Of a DNA stretch of 64,000 nt, positions 9,551-19,381 are shown piece by piece. Source of the stretch: an uncultured Cypionkella sp. (lineage in GTDB: Bacteria > Pseudomonadota > Alphaproteobacteria > Rhodobacterales > Rhodobacteraceae); contig CAYLYV010000003.1 of NCBI GenBank assembly GCA_964387655.1, positions 9,409-73,408 of the forward strand, written 5' to 3'. Both the position numbers and the translations under genes were made by a program. The first letter of the stretch is position 1, and every line of letters starts with the position of its first letter. The notes beneath the pieces are model-generated. The model was not told the origin of the DNA. It worked only from the letters and a program-made list of their open reading frames with translations, and ran no database searches.

Positions 9551-10273
9551 ATGACAAAGATAGCCGTGGTGACGGGGGCAGCGGGTGGGTTGGGGCGGGC
9601 GATCAGTGCCAAACTGCTTGCCGACGGGATGCATGTGATCGGGTTGGATATTGACGCGGCAGGTTTGGCCAGCATGACGCAGCCCGGATTTAGCGGCCAT
9701 GTCACCGACCTGACCGATGCAGGCGCGATTGCGGCGGTGTTTGCACAGATCGCGCAGGATCATGGCGGCGTCGATGCTTTGGTGAACAACGCGGGCACCT
9801 GCTTTATGTCCGACTTTCCCTACATTCCGGCGCAGGAACTCGACAGGCAAATGTCGATCAATTTTTCGGGCGCGTTCCATTGCTGTCAGGCGGCGATCAA
9901 GCTGATGGAGGGCCGCGCCGGGGTGCGCAAGATCGTCAACATCAGCTCGAACGGCGCGTATAATTTTGATGTGTTTGATCCGCCGCATTACCGCGCCTCA
10001 AAGGCGGCGCTGGATACGCTGACCAAGGATCTGGCGCGGCGCTATGCGCGTGAGAAAATCGCCGTGAACTCGCTGGCCCCCGCGATGACTGAGACGCCTT
10101 TGTTTAAGGTGCTGACCGAGGATGTGCTGGCCCGCGCCATTGCCGCCATGCCGCACGGTCATGCCATGCAGCCCAGCGAGGTCGCGGCATGGGTCGGGTT
10201 TTTGATCTCACCCGCCGGAGATATTTGCAGCGGTAACGTGATCATTCTCAATCAGGGGCGCGACGTGAGGTGA
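9551..10273 (+). CDS. SDR-family oxidoreductase
   Basis: TGAAGGLG Rossmann motif, NNAG, YRASKAA catalytic motif. Confidence 0.85.
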   Translation: MTKIAVVTGAAGGLGRAISAKLLADGMHVIGLDIDAAGLASMTQPGFSGHVTDLTDAGAIAAVFAQIAQDHGGVDALVNNAGTCFMSDFPYIPAQELDRQMSINFSGAFHCCQAAIKLMEGRAGVRKIVNISSNGAYNFDVFDPPHYRASKAALDTLTKDLARRYAREKIAVNSLAPAMTETPLFKVLTEDVLARAIAAMPHGHAMQPSEVAAWVGFLISPAGDICSGNVIILNQGRDVR

Positions 10274-10299
10274 GTGCCGCCTCTAGGTGAACCAAGCAC

Positions 10300-11058
10300 T
10301 TAAGTGAACCACTCGGGCGCTTTGCGTAAAGTCGGCCATTGCTGCGGACTGTGGCCAAAAATCACAAGCGCGTCCCTGTCCTCCGCAATGTTCATCAACC
10401 GCGCGCCGTGGTGTATCGCCAGCGGCACATCCCACGATCCGGCAAAGCCCTCGTCGATTTCAGCCGCGCGGCTGATCGCGTCCGAGGTCAGCAGCATCCA
10501 TCCCGTTTCCTGCAACTGGACCATGAAGGCCAGTTGACCGGGGGCGTGGCCGGGGCAGAGCAGCACCTGAAACCCCGGCCCAAGCGTGAAATCCTGCGTC
10601 ACCAGATGATAATCGCGCGCGGGCCATTCCATCGCCTGTTTGCCCGACCAATACATCGGACGTGGCAAATCCCGTTCGGCCTTGGCAATCAGGATCGGCA
10701 CTCCGGGAAAGCCAGCCATATGACCGACATGATCAATATGGGTATGGCTTTGGATCATCAGCGTGACATCGGCTTTGGATAGCCCCAGTTTGGCAAGCTG
10801 CGCGTCGGGCGTATTCTCAGGCGTGATCTTCAGCACACGGCCAAAACTGCCCAGCGCGTCTTCCGTCGTCGCGGCCTCGGCATCGACGGTATATTTCGCC
10901 GGAAAACCGGTGTCGATCAGCACCACTTCACCCGCGTCGGTCTGCACTGCGAAGCCGCAGATGCCAATCGTGCGCGGGCCGGAATGCACCTCGAACAAGC
11001 CATAGTCCAATACCGCCAGCCGAATGGGTTTCCCCTTCAGCGCAATCTCATCCATCAT
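10300..11058 (-). CDS. MBL-fold metallo-hydrolase, N-acyl-homoserine-lactonase-like
   Basis: HTHIDHVG (HxHxDH) zinc motif, later HAPG/H residues, and a size typical of the AiiA-like family. Start set at MMDEIAL (11058). Confidence 0.65.
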   Translation of the reverse strand: MMDEIALKGKPIRLAVLDYGLFEVHSGPRTIGICGFAVQTDAGEVVLIDTGFPAKYTVDAEAATTEDALGSFGRVLKITPENTPDAQLAKLGLSKADVTLMIQSHTHIDHVGHMAGFPGVPILIAKAERDLPRPMYWSGKQAMEWPARDYHLVTQDFTLGPGFQVLLCPGHAPGQLAFMVQLQETGWMLLTSDAISRAAEIDEGFAGSWDVPLAIHHGARLMNIAEDRDALVIFGHSPQQWPTLRKAPEWFT

Positions 11059-11077
11059 ACCGCCACCCCCTTGCCAG

Positions 11078-12229
11078 ATGAAGCGGAGCGTCCGGTTGAA
11101 AGTCAAGATACACACGTTGTTCCAATACCTTCTCGAAACCACCGAAGCCGCGCCCGAGGCGATCGTCGGTTTTTCACTGTCAGGCTCACCGCGCTTGGGG
11201 GATTATCTGGCCGATCTGGACCCGAACCTGTCGTTGGACTGGAACAGCCGCGACTTTCGCGGTTTGCCGGAATTGCGCGATCATGTTCTGGCCCAAGCCG
11301 GGTTAACCGGCATCTGCACGCCCGCCGATGTGTTGATCACCGCTGGGGCGGCTGAGGCGAATTACCTGTCGATCATGCAGCGTCTTCAGCCCGGCGAGCG
11401 GATCGTGATGGAAACCCCCGGTTGGCCGCAAGCCGAGGTGCTTGCCAAGGCCAAGGGCGCGGAAATCGTCAAGGTTGCGCGATCAGAGGCAGAGCGTTGG
11501 CGCTTGCCGCTGGATCGGTTGGCGGCGGCGGTGACCCCCGGCACGCGGATTATCTTTCTGACCAACCCGAACAACCCGACCGGCGATCTGATGAGCGCTG
11601 CCGCATTGGCCGAAGTAGTCGCCATCGCAGACCGCGTCGGCGCGTGGTTGTTGGTGGACGAAGTGTATGCCGGGTTGGAATGGGACGGGCCCCGTGCGCC
11701 ATCGGTCGCAGGACTTTACGCGCGCGGCATCACCACGGGGTCGGTCAGCAAGGCACTTGGCTTGCAAGGGCTGCGCACCGGATGGATGATTTGCCCGGAT
11801 GCCGAGCATATGCGTGATTCGTTGATATTGCGCGAAAACTCTAGCGAAATCATGAATATAATGGGCGAGGTGATCGCCGAGGTGGCCTTGCGTCCGGCGC
11901 GGTATGGGGCGGCGCTTCAGCGTGCTCGCGCTGAGGGGGCGGCCAATCTGGCACAGATGAATACATGGGTCGAGGGACAAGAACATTTGTCTTGGGTGCT
12001 GCCGAATGCCGGGCTGATCGGGCTTGCGCGGCTGCCCGATGGCGTTGACAGCGACGCTTTCGCGCGCTTTCTTCTGACACCGCCCTATCGCACCTTCCTG
12101 TTGCCCGGCAGCGCTTATGATCTGCCCGGTCACATCCGGCTGGGTGTTGGCGGCGGTGCCGCCGTGCGGCTGCAGGACGGGCTGGATCGGCTTTCTCAAG
12201 CGCTTCAAGACTGGCAAAATGCGCGCTAG
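11078..12229 (+). CDS. PLP-dependent aminotransferase, class I/II
   Basis: NPNNPTG, the SVSKALGLQGLRTGW lysine motif and the IRLGVG C-terminus. Start uncertain (ATG 11078 or TTG about 11096). Confidence 0.75.
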   Translation: MKRSVRLKVKIHTLFQYLLETTEAAPEAIVGFSLSGSPRLGDYLADLDPNLSLDWNSRDFRGLPELRDHVLAQAGLTGICTPADVLITAGAAEANYLSIMQRLQPGERIVMETPGWPQAEVLAKAKGAEIVKVARSEAERWRLPLDRLAAAVTPGTRIIFLTNPNNPTGDLMSAAALAEVVAIADRVGAWLLVDEVYAGLEWDGPRAPSVAGLYARGITTGSVSKALGLQGLRTGWMICPDAEHMRDSLILRENSSEIMNIMGEVIAEVALRPARYGAALQRARAEGAANLAQMNTWVEGQEHLSWVLPNAGLIGLARLPDGVDSDAFARFLLTPPYRTFLLPGSAYDLPGHIRLGVGGGAAVRLQDGLDRLSQALQDWQNAR

Positions 12230-12267
12230 TCGAGCCTTCACTTCGCGAAATGCAAAACCACGGCCCG

Positions 12268-12304
12268 AAAAATCTCAACGGGACCACAAGCTGTGGCCCC
12301 GTTG
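12268..12304 (-). terminator. rho-independent terminator of the stress operon
   Basis: Minus-strand hairpin CAACGGGGCCACA-GCT-TGTGGTCCCGTTG (one mismatch), followed after 4 nt by TTTTT. Confidence 0.6.
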
Positions 12305-12393
12305 ATCACGTAAGTTACCCGGGGCGATCAAGCCATCCGCTGGGGGGCACAATCGGAAGGCTTGTCGCGAGCAACTTTACGTTGGGCTGCAGC

Positions 12394-12972
12394 TCAGGAA
12401 TTCCGCCAACCGTCTTGCTCGTAAAGCGAACGGCGATCCATCAGCGAACTTGTCAGAACGGTGTCCAGCGCGCCCTCGACATCCGATCTGGCGTCTTCGG
12501 GGAATTGGACACTGACGGCGACACTGCCCCGGCGCATCGCTTCGGAAAATACCGGGGTTTCTTCGTCCGAAAGGCCAAGATCAACAATCGCGCCCACCGT
12601 GCCGCCCGCGACCGCACCGCCTGCCGCGCCCACCGCCGTGGCCGCAAGCCAGCCCGCTGCAACCAGAGGTCCCACTCCGGGGATCGCCAACATGCCAAGG
12701 CCCGCCAACAGACCAGCACCACCACCGATGGCCGCGCCCATCCCAGCACCCGTCGCTGTGCCCGAAGCGTCACGATCATCAGCAACGGTTTCCGGGTAAC
12801 CCGTTACAGGGTTGTCGCGAATATCGGCCTCGTGATATTGGCGGATGCTGTCATTGCCCAGGATCGACACTTCCACTCCGGACAACTCAAGCGCGTTCAC
12901 GTTGTTTTTGGCAACCCGAGCGGATTCGTAGTCATCGTAAACTTTTGTAATAACTGGCATAGTTTCCTCCAT
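12394..12972 (-). CDS. general stress protein (YflT-like N-terminal domain, central glycine-zipper, GVPEED/RRG-type C-terminal domain)
   Basis: VITKVYDDYESARVA..., a Gly/Ala-rich hydrophobic core (GAGMGAAIGGGAGLLAGLG) and LGLSDEETPVFSEAMRRGSVAVSV. Sits downstream of an EcfG-type promoter. Confidence 0.6.
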   Translation of the reverse strand: MEETMPVITKVYDDYESARVAKNNVNALELSGVEVSILGNDSIRQYHEADIRDNPVTGYPETVADDRDASGTATGAGMGAAIGGGAGLLAGLGMLAIPGVGPLVAAGWLAATAVGAAGGAVAGGTVGAIVDLGLSDEETPVFSEAMRRGSVAVSVQFPEDARSDVEGALDTVLTSSLMDRRSLYEQDGWRNS

Positions 12973-12991
12973 TCACACGTTAAGATCAGAC

Positions 12992-13513
12992 TTAGGTTTT
13001 CGGCGTGGTGACAACGTTGCCCTTGTAGTCAACAGCCACCGACACGTCGGTTCCGTTCAGCTTCCCGGTCCCGCGCCATACACCTTTGTCGTCCAGCACC
13101 AGTGCCGAAACCTCGGTCACGTTCCATGACACTGCGCGGTCGCGGGCTTGTTCTTCGGTGAAGCTATTGGCCCCTTCGATTGGCGCACCAGCTTCCGGCA
13201 CGTTCTGCGCCCAATGGCCCGTGCCACATTGCGTCAGAAACTCATCTTTGCTGATGCCCGCGTCTTGCAGGGCAGTTTCATCGACGCGCGCACGTGCATA
13301 TTCCCGTGGCGCTTCGGCATCCGACAGAAAGCCATTGGCGTCTGCGTCGAGTGTGGTGAACTGGGCATCACAATCCATCGGGGCAGCCATGGTGTCTGCA
13401 GGTGCCGTGGTATCTGCGGGCGCAGTCGTGGTGCTGCTGTCCTGTGCAAAGGCCGCCGTGACCAGCGATGCGGTGAGGAACGTCCCAAGGATGGTCGTTT
13501 TGTATCCAAACAT
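12992..13513 (-). CDS. secreted protein with EF-hand loop and PepSY-like C-terminus
   Basis: Start at MFGYKTT (13513). Signal peptide ...VTAAFAQD, tandem APADTT repeat, EF-hand loop DADANGFLSDAE, C-terminal VLDDKGVWRGTGKLNGTDVSVAVDYKGNVV. Confidence 0.6.
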   Translation of the reverse strand: MFGYKTTILGTFLTASLVTAAFAQDSSTTTAPADTTAPADTMAAPMDCDAQFTTLDADANGFLSDAEAPREYARARVDETALQDAGISKDEFLTQCGTGHWAQNVPEAGAPIEGANSFTEEQARDRAVSWNVTEVSALVLDDKGVWRGTGKLNGTDVSVAVDYKGNVVTTPKT

Positions 13514-13572
13514 GTGCTTACTCCTGTAAACTTTCACGCCATCAAGAACCGATGCGGTCCTCGTACTGCAAC

Positions 13573-13597
13573 AACGCGGCTTGGTTTGGGGGGTTCC
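13573..13597 (-). promoter_or_regulatory. EcfG (general stress sigma) type promoter GGAAC-N16-CGTT
   Basis: Plus strand reads AACG-cggcttggtttggggg-GTTCC, which is GGAAC-N16-CGTT on the minus strand. The -10 element (CGTT) lies about 60 nt upstream of ATG 13513. Confidence 0.6.
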
Positions 13598-13905
13598 GCC
13601 CTTAATGTCGTGGGCAGGGAAATGTGGCGGCTTTCCGCTTGGGACACGTGGAAGGTCAACCCTATTTTGATGATAAATCAATATATTGATTAAATGCGGA
13701 CTCGGCCTTGGTCCAAGATGCGCGTTGAGATTGCATTTTAAGACCAAGGCTTCTTGCACAGAACATCAGTTCACGGAGCGCAAAAGGGCGTGTGGCACGA
13801 ACCGCCACATGCGCGACAGTACGGCAAGGCTTTCACTATAGCGGACAAGGCGGACATGCGAACGCGCGCGCTCTTGCCTTGTCAGGCAGGAGCGCGGCCT
13901 TCATC

Positions 13906-14361
13906 TTAGACGCTGAAGCCTTTGGGAATATGGCGGCACTGATCCAAGGGCAGGCCTGCGTCCTGCACCAGATCCTGCGTCATCGCATCCGCGTTCGGCC
14001 CGGAAGCCAAAAGCCGCTGCCAGATCTCGCGCACGGCGGGCGCGATCCGAGGCTCGGTCACGGCGCGTGCGGTGTGAAGCCAGATCGCCAGACCATCGCT
14101 GCTGTCATACTCCCGCTGCTTGCGCAGTGCGGCGATTTTGGTTTGTGTCGTCGTGGTAAAACGCACGACGGCAGCGGGTGGCCAGTCGAACATTTTGTGC
14201 AGGTCGTGCCCCGCCGCAAGGTGGAAGGCTGCCCAATACCGCGCGGCGGCTGCATAACTATCGACAATATGTGGTTTGGCCTGCGTAAGCCTGTCTGAAA
14301 GCGCCTGCGCCTCGTCGACGAGGGCCATGGTGGCTTTTTCTTTCTTCCATGTGTCAAACAT
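13906..14361 (-). CDS. hypothetical protein (helical, no recognisable family)
   Basis: 151-aa ORF with normal amino-acid composition, unlike the Arg/Pro-rich shadow ORFs nearby. No motif recognised. Confidence 0.4.
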   Translation of the reverse strand: MFDTWKKEKATMALVDEAQALSDRLTQAKPHIVDSYAAAARYWAAFHLAAGHDLHKMFDWPPAAVVRFTTTTQTKIAALRKQREYDSSDGLAIWLHTARAVTEPRIAPAVREIWQRLLASGPNADAMTQDLVQDAGLPLDQCRHIPKGFSV

Positions 14362-14739
14362 TGGGTCCTCCGGGGGGCATCGGTTTGTCCCTGTCGATTT
14401 TAAACGGATGCGGTCTGCAAGTCCTATCTTTGTTTCGGTCGAGGCCCGCAGACCATCGAAGACGATATGCCGCGCTGATCTCGGTCATTCAGACGTCTGT
14501 TTCCTCCGCCAGAGCGCCAGCCCGTCCCCGTGGGAACCAACCTTTGCACCGCGCGTTTGTCAGTATGTCGGTGTCCAATGGCACGATAACTCAGCATTTT
14601 ATGGATGGCGTATGTTCAACATCTCTGCGCCCCTGCCACCGCGAACCTCAATGCCGAAGCGGCTTCTTTATGTGATGGTCAGCGCTGTTGCCATGGCGCT
14701 GGCGTCTTGGCTGCTTGCGCAGGTTGAATGGAGCAACAT

Positions 14740-14988
14740 CTTAGCGTCTCTCCGCGATCATTCAGCGCTATGCGCCTGCAAGCCTTGTTCCCGGATGTTT
14801 TGCATTGGTTAGGGGTGCGCCGCATCTGGAAATGGGTGTCGATGAGCAACCTGAAAAGTGCGGCCTTGCTGGCAGCTGGCATCGCGATTGACAGTCAAAT
14901 CGAAATCCCCGCCGAGCGCATCTCGATCAATGCCCAAGTCGAGATCACCGCCAAGATCGCCTCGGGCTATTTTAGCGCGCGGCTGTAA
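14740..14988 (+). pseudogene. GTP cyclohydrolase II (RibA-like) C-terminal fragment
   Basis: LGVRRIWKWVSMSNLKSAALLAAGIAIDSQIEIP...EITAKIASGYF parallels the RibA tail (LGV..vrLltNNPkK...L...GI.v...vPL). No catalytic N-terminal part is present. It is preceded by a flippase-like N-terminal fragment in another frame. Confidence 0.5.
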
Positions 14989-15132
14989 CCCGTGAAGGTT
15001 AGGCCGAAATCAAGACCCTGCGATCGAGACGTCTTCGGGCCATGGGTGATCTTGTGAGAGGCAGCAGCGACGCCGAACAAACTACCCGTCCCGCCATCAT
15101 GCGGAAAAAATCGGAACGCGCGACACAGCCAA

Positions 15133-15330
15133 TCAGACAAACTGGTTCGACTGCGCCCATTGGATCAGGACGACGCAACCGCAGTCAGACCACACACCGT
15201 GCTTCGACCCTGTTGGATTGAACACGAGCGCACCGACCTCATAAGGGCCATCATCGTAACTTTGAGCGCCCGACAGCACAAGGATGGTTTCTAGCACAAG
15301 GTTCCGATGAACGTCGTGTGCCTCTGGCAA
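15133..15330 (-). pseudogene. cupin-domain (ChrR-like) fragment
   Basis: ALPEAHDVHRNLVLETILVLSG....GSKHGVWSDCGCVVLI is a cupin core. Only about 65 to 80 codons are open, with a TTG start at best. Confidence 0.4.
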
Positions 15331-15448
15331 GGCGACATTACAGTGCTTGAAGTGAGTGCGGCTTTTCTGGGCACTGAGGCAGGTTTTGGCGCTGCGGTGG
15401 CGGGTTTAGCCCGCGCTTCCCTTGCCGATAGCCTCTCCGCTGCCGTAT

Positions 15449-15461
15449 GATGTCTGACAAG
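15449..15461. promoter_or_regulatory. candidate autoregulatory GntR/HutC operator GATGTCTGACAAG
   Basis: Core palindrome TGTC-T-GACA about 20 nt upstream of the regulator start. Same core as the operators at 22174..22202. Confidence 0.4.
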
Positions 15462-15478
15462 AATGCAGCCGCCGGGGG

Positions 15479-16225
15479 ATGGGCCAAATGCTGACGACCA
15501 AACCGCTTCGGTCACAGAAGAAGATGGCCGAACAGATCCGCGACGCGGTCACCGACTATATCCGCGAGCATCGGTTGAAGGTCGGGGATCGTATTCCGAC
15601 CGAGGCGAAGTTGTGTGCGGCTTTTGGCGTGTCGCGGCCTTCGGTGCGAGAGGCGTTGCGGCTGTTGGAGCAAGAACGGTTGATCGTGACCGAACATGGG
15701 CGCGGGCGGTTCGTGACGGCGGCTGCGACATTGAATATTGCCCGCCCCATCACAGTGTTTGAGAGCATCAGCCGGATGTTGGCGGCACTTGGGTATGCGC
15801 CCGATACGCGGGTACTCTCGACCCGGACGATCCTCGCCGGCTCCGATCCGCAGGCGGCGGCGGCGCTTGGGCTACAGCCCGAACAGGAGATATTCGTGCT
15901 GGAACGGCTGCGCGAGGTAGAGGGACAGGCTTTGGTATATTCCATCGACGTGATTCCGATGGCGCTTCTCGGGACAGCGCCGGAGGGGGCGGCGCTTGCA
16001 GGATCGGTCAACGAATTGTTGGCCAGCATCGAACAGAAACCGGTTATGTCCAGCGCAAATGTGGCAGCGGCCTTCCTGCCTGACGGCGTGCTGAGCGGCC
16101 CCGCCAGCGCAGAGCCTTGGTTGCTGGTCTCGGAAACCTGCCTGTCCGAAATTGGCACACCGGTGCTTTATGCCCGCGACTATCATCGCGGCTCGCTGAT
16201 CTCGTTCAACTTCTCCCGCCAGTAG
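15479..16225 (+). CDS. GntR-family regulator, HutC subfamily (UTRA effector domain), FrlR-like
   Basis: wHTH LPTEAKLCAAFGVSRPSVREALRLLEQE and a UTRA-like C-terminal half. Adjacent to the frl-like operon. Confidence 0.8.
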   Translation: MGQMLTTKPLRSQKKMAEQIRDAVTDYIREHRLKVGDRIPTEAKLCAAFGVSRPSVREALRLLEQERLIVTEHGRGRFVTAAATLNIARPITVFESISRMLAALGYAPDTRVLSTRTILAGSDPQAAAALGLQPEQEIFVLERLREVEGQALVYSIDVIPMALLGTAPEGAALAGSVNELLASIEQKPVMSSANVAAAFLPDGVLSGPASAEPWLLVSETCLSEIGTPVLYARDYHRGSLISFNFSRQ

Positions 16226-16265
16226 AGTTTTCCGGCGCGGTGATTCCGTTCCCCGCCGACCCAAC

Positions 16266-17033
16266 CTAATGCAGCACCTGCTGCAGAAATGCTTTCGTGC
16301 GCTCACTTTTCGGCGCGGTGAAGAAGGTTGATGGCGGACCTTGCTCCACGATCCGGCCTGCATCCATGAAGATCACCCGATCCGCGACCTGCCGGGCAAA
16401 GCCCATCTCATGCGTGACGACCGACATGGTCATGCCTTCTTCGGCTAGGCTCACCATCACATCAAGAACTTCCTTGACCATTTCGGGGTCTAGCGCTGAG
16501 GTTGGTTCGTCGAACAACATCACCTCGGGCTGCATGGCGACAGCGCGGGCGATGGCAACGCGCTGTTGCTGGCCACCTGACAACTGGGCGGGGTATTTCA
16601 AGGCCTGTTCGGGAATGCGCACTTTGGAAAGGTAATGCATCGCTCGATCCCGCGCCTCGGCTTTGGCCAACCCCCGCACCAGTCGCAGCGGCAGGGCGCA
16701 GTTTTCCAGCACGGTCAGATGCGGGAACAGATTGAACTGCTGGAACACCATGCCGACCCGGCGACGGATATTCTCCACCACGTCCTGATCACGGTTGAGC
16801 GTAATGCCAGCAACCTTGATCTCGCCCTTCTGGAACCCCTCCAGCGCATTCACCGTGCGGATCAGGGTGGACTTGCCCGAGCCGGACGGGCCGCAGATGA
16901 CCAGCCGTTCGCCTTGCGCTACGGTCAGGTCGACGTCGTGTAGAACCTGCAAGGCACCATACCATTTGTTCAGCCCCCTGATCTCAATCGCGGGAGCGGC
17001 GGTTTCGGCAATAGCGTTTTCCAAGGGTTTCAT
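16266..17033 (-). CDS. amino-acid ABC transporter ATP-binding protein
   Basis: Start at MKPLENA (17033). [38 protein letters not shown] overlap with the permease stop. Confidence 0.9.
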   Translation of the reverse strand: MKPLENAIAETAAPAIEIRGLNKWYGALQVLHDVDLTVAQGERLVICGPSGSGKSTLIRTVNALEGFQKGEIKVAGITLNRDQDVVENIRRRVGMVFQQFNLFPHLTVLENCALPLRLVRGLAKAEARDRAMHYLSKVRIPEQALKYPAQLSGGQQQRVAIARAVAMQPEVMLFDEPTSALDPEMVKEVLDVMVSLAEEGMTMSVVTHEMGFARQVADRVIFMDAGRIVEQGPPSTFFTAPKSERTKAFLQQVLH

Positions 17034-17998
17034 CGCGTCGCCGCCTTGTTGAAATGGGTTTCGATGCGTTTCTGGATCAGTTCCAGCACAATCGACATAA
17101 GCCAGTAGATCAGCGAGGCGGTGACCATCATCTCGATATGGCGGAACTCGGTCTGACCTTGGGTGCGCGCCAGATACATCAGCTCCCAAACGCCGACGAC
17201 CGAGACGAGCGAGCTGTCCTTCAGCATCGAGATGAACTGATTGCCGGTGGGCGGGATGATCACCCGCATGGATTGCGGAAGGATTATTCTGGTCATCACC
17301 GAGGTCGGGCGCATCCCCAGCGCGCGCGCGGCCTCCCATTGCCCTTTCGGAATACTTTCGATCCCGGCCCGGAAAATCTCGGTCATATAAGCGCCGTAGC
17401 AGAGCGACAGCGCCGCGATCCCGGTTGGCACGGCGTCGACCACATAGCCAAGCTGCGGCAGGCCCAGATAGATCATATAAATCTGCATCAGCAGAGGCAG
17501 ACCCCGGAACAGCGAGGTGTAAAAATGCGCGATACCCTGCGCGATTCCGTTGGAAGAAAGCTTTGCCATCGCGCCCATCAGCGCAAACACCGTCGCAATG
17601 ACGATGGATATGGCCGAAATATAAAGCGTCGTGACCAGACCCTGGGTGATCAGAAAGCCGATCTTCCGCTGGATAAAGGCAAAGCTGAGATCGAAGGAAT
17701 AGAAGAACAGCAAGATCAGCGCCGCGAGTTCGCCCCAAACAAGCCAAACCTGCTGACGCAAGGGCAGCCGCATCACCACAAAGATATTAAAGCCGACCAG
17801 CGCAGTGACAAAGGCCGCGGTCAGCAAGTCCAGCGTATTGCCTTCCGATACCGGAGCAAGGCCCAGAACCAGCCGTCCAATGGCACCGTCGCCGGCGTGA
17901 AACCACCACAGCCCGCCAAAGATCGCCACCAACAGCGGCACAAAGATCGTGGGCCGCGTCAGCATCGGAGGGTAGTCGATATTGTCTCTGAAATGCAT
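17030..17998 (-). CDS. amino-acid/opine ABC transporter permease (His/Glu/Gln/Arg/opine family)
   Basis: Start at MHFRDN (17998). EAA-type loop [27 protein letters not shown] and multiple TM helices. Confidence 0.85.
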   Translation of the reverse strand: MHFRDNIDYPPMLTRPTIFVPLLVAIFGGLWWFHAGDGAIGRLVLGLAPVSEGNTLDLLTAAFVTALVGFNIFVVMRLPLRQQVWLVWGELAALILLFFYSFDLSFAFIQRKIGFLITQGLVTTLYISAISIVIATVFALMGAMAKLSSNGIAQGIAHFYTSLFRGLPLLMQIYMIYLGLPQLGYVVDAVPTGIAALSLCYGAYMTEIFRAGIESIPKGQWEAARALGMRPTSVMTRIILPQSMRVIIPPTGNQFISMLKDSSLVSVVGVWELMYLARTQGQTEFRHIEMMVTASLIYWLMSIVLELIQKRIETHFNKAATR

Positions 17999-18003
17999 GT
18001 TGC

Positions 18004-19305
18004 TCAGCCTTTGCGTTCGCGCCAGGCATCCATCGCCTGATACTGCCAATACGTCAGTTGCACCGCCGCCATTCCGGCGATCCCGCCCGTCCAGTCCAGA
18101 CCGAACGGCGCAAAGCTGCGGTAGCGGTCGGTCTGGCCAAGGATACCCTCGGCCACCACACGACCGCCAATCGCGGTGCTGTTCATCCCGTGCCCGCCAA
18201 AAGCCGTGCAGTGCCAAAGCCCCGAGGCCAGTTTGCCGATCTGCGGCATCCGATGGCGCGCATAAGACATCAGGCCGGTCCAAACCGTGTCGATCTCCAG
18301 CCCCGCAAGCTGCGGATAGGTGTCCACCATGGTTTGATGCAGAAGCTTGCCCAAATCGCGCGGCTCAGAGGTGCGGGTGGTGATCTTGCCGCCCCACAGC
18401 ACGCGCTTGCCGTCCTCGACCAGCCGATAATAATCCCCCGCCCGACGGTCATCGCCGATCGCAGAGCGGGTCTGGATCGCGGTTGCGATCAACTCGGGTG
18501 CAGATTGGCTGATCATCACATAGGTAGCAATCGGCAGGAAGGCGCGGTGCAGTTCCGGCACCAAGCGATCTGTATAACCGCCGGTTGTCACCAAGACGTC
18601 GCGCGCGGCAATTCGGCCCTGTGGTGTGGTTACCGTCCAGCGGCCTTGGGTGCCCTCAATCTTGTCCGCTGGCGTGGCTTCATAGATCACAGTGCTCGCC
18701 GCCACTGCGGCACGGCCCAGCCCTAGGCAATAGGCCAGCGGATCGAAATGGAACGCGTTCTGATCATGCAGCGCCTGATGATAGCGCGGCGAGGTGACAT
18801 GTTGCGCTAAAGCTGCGCGATCGAGATGCGTCACCTCATAGTCAAATTCTTTCGCAAGCCAGTCGCGGTGATCTGCCAGATGGCGGCCCGCATCATAGCG
18901 CACCGCCCCAAGGACGCCGGGACAGGGATTTGCCGCAGTGATGCCCAACGCGCGGATGTTCTCGGCGACGATCCGCATCCCTTCCACCGACAGGCGGAAC
19001 AATTCTTTCGCGGCAGCGGCACCGACCCGGGCCGCGATAGCCTGATACCCCAAAGAGTAGCCGGGGCTGACAAAGCCACCGTTGCGCCCCGATGCGCCCC
19101 AACCGATCCGGCGCGCCTCAAGCAGAACAACCTTGCGTCCGGCTTGGGCCAGATGCTGCGCGGCGGTCAGGCCAGCAAGCCCGCCGCCGATGATGCACAC
19201 ATCGGCCTCAATGCGTTCGCGCAGCGGTGGGTGCAGAGCAATGTCGGTCGGCGCTTGGCGGCGATACCAGACATCGGCGTAGTCGGTCGAAGGTGGTGTG
19301 GTCAT
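18004..19305 (-). CDS. FAD-dependent oxidoreductase (DAO family; gamma-glutamylputrescine-oxidase/opine-oxidase-like)
   Basis: Start at MTTPPSTDY (19305). DVCIIGGGLAGLTAA dinucleotide-binding motif, WGASGRNGG. Confidence 0.75.
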   Translation of the reverse strand: MTTPPSTDYADVWYRRQAPTDIALHPPLRERIEADVCIIGGGLAGLTAAQHLAQAGRKVVLLEARRIGWGASGRNGGFVSPGYSLGYQAIAARVGAAAAKELFRLSVEGMRIVAENIRALGITAANPCPGVLGAVRYDAGRHLADHRDWLAKEFDYEVTHLDRAALAQHVTSPRYHQALHDQNAFHFDPLAYCLGLGRAAVAASTVIYEATPADKIEGTQGRWTVTTPQGRIAARDVLVTTGGYTDRLVPELHRAFLPIATYVMISQSAPELIATAIQTRSAIGDDRRAGDYYRLVEDGKRVLWGGKITTRTSEPRDLGKLLHQTMVDTYPQLAGLEIDTVWTGLMSYARHRMPQIGKLASGLWHCTAFGGHGMNSTAIGGRVVAEGILGQTDRYRSFAPFGLDWTGGIAGMAAVQLTYWQYQAMDAWRERKG

Positions 19306-19338
19306 TGCGAACTCATGGACGGGTCTGGGTCTGGACGT

Positions 19339-19374
19339 AAAAAAAAACGGCGCGCGACCTGTGCCGCGCGCCGT
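19339..19374 (-). terminator. strong rho-independent terminator/attenuator between the SBP gene and the oxidase gene
   Basis: Minus-strand ACGGCGCGCG-loop-CGCGCGCCGT (perfect 10-bp stem) followed by T9. Confidence 0.8.
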
Positions 19375-19381
19375 CAAAGGC

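Noticed and set aside
16266-18283. Track ORFs of 493 aa (16266..17747) and 417 aa (17030..18283) suggest much longer ABC proteins.
   Set aside because: The N-terminal extensions overlap the upstream genes in another frame and lack protein-like composition. Homology begins at MKPLENA (17033) and MHFRDN (17998), giving ATGA coupling and normal sizes.
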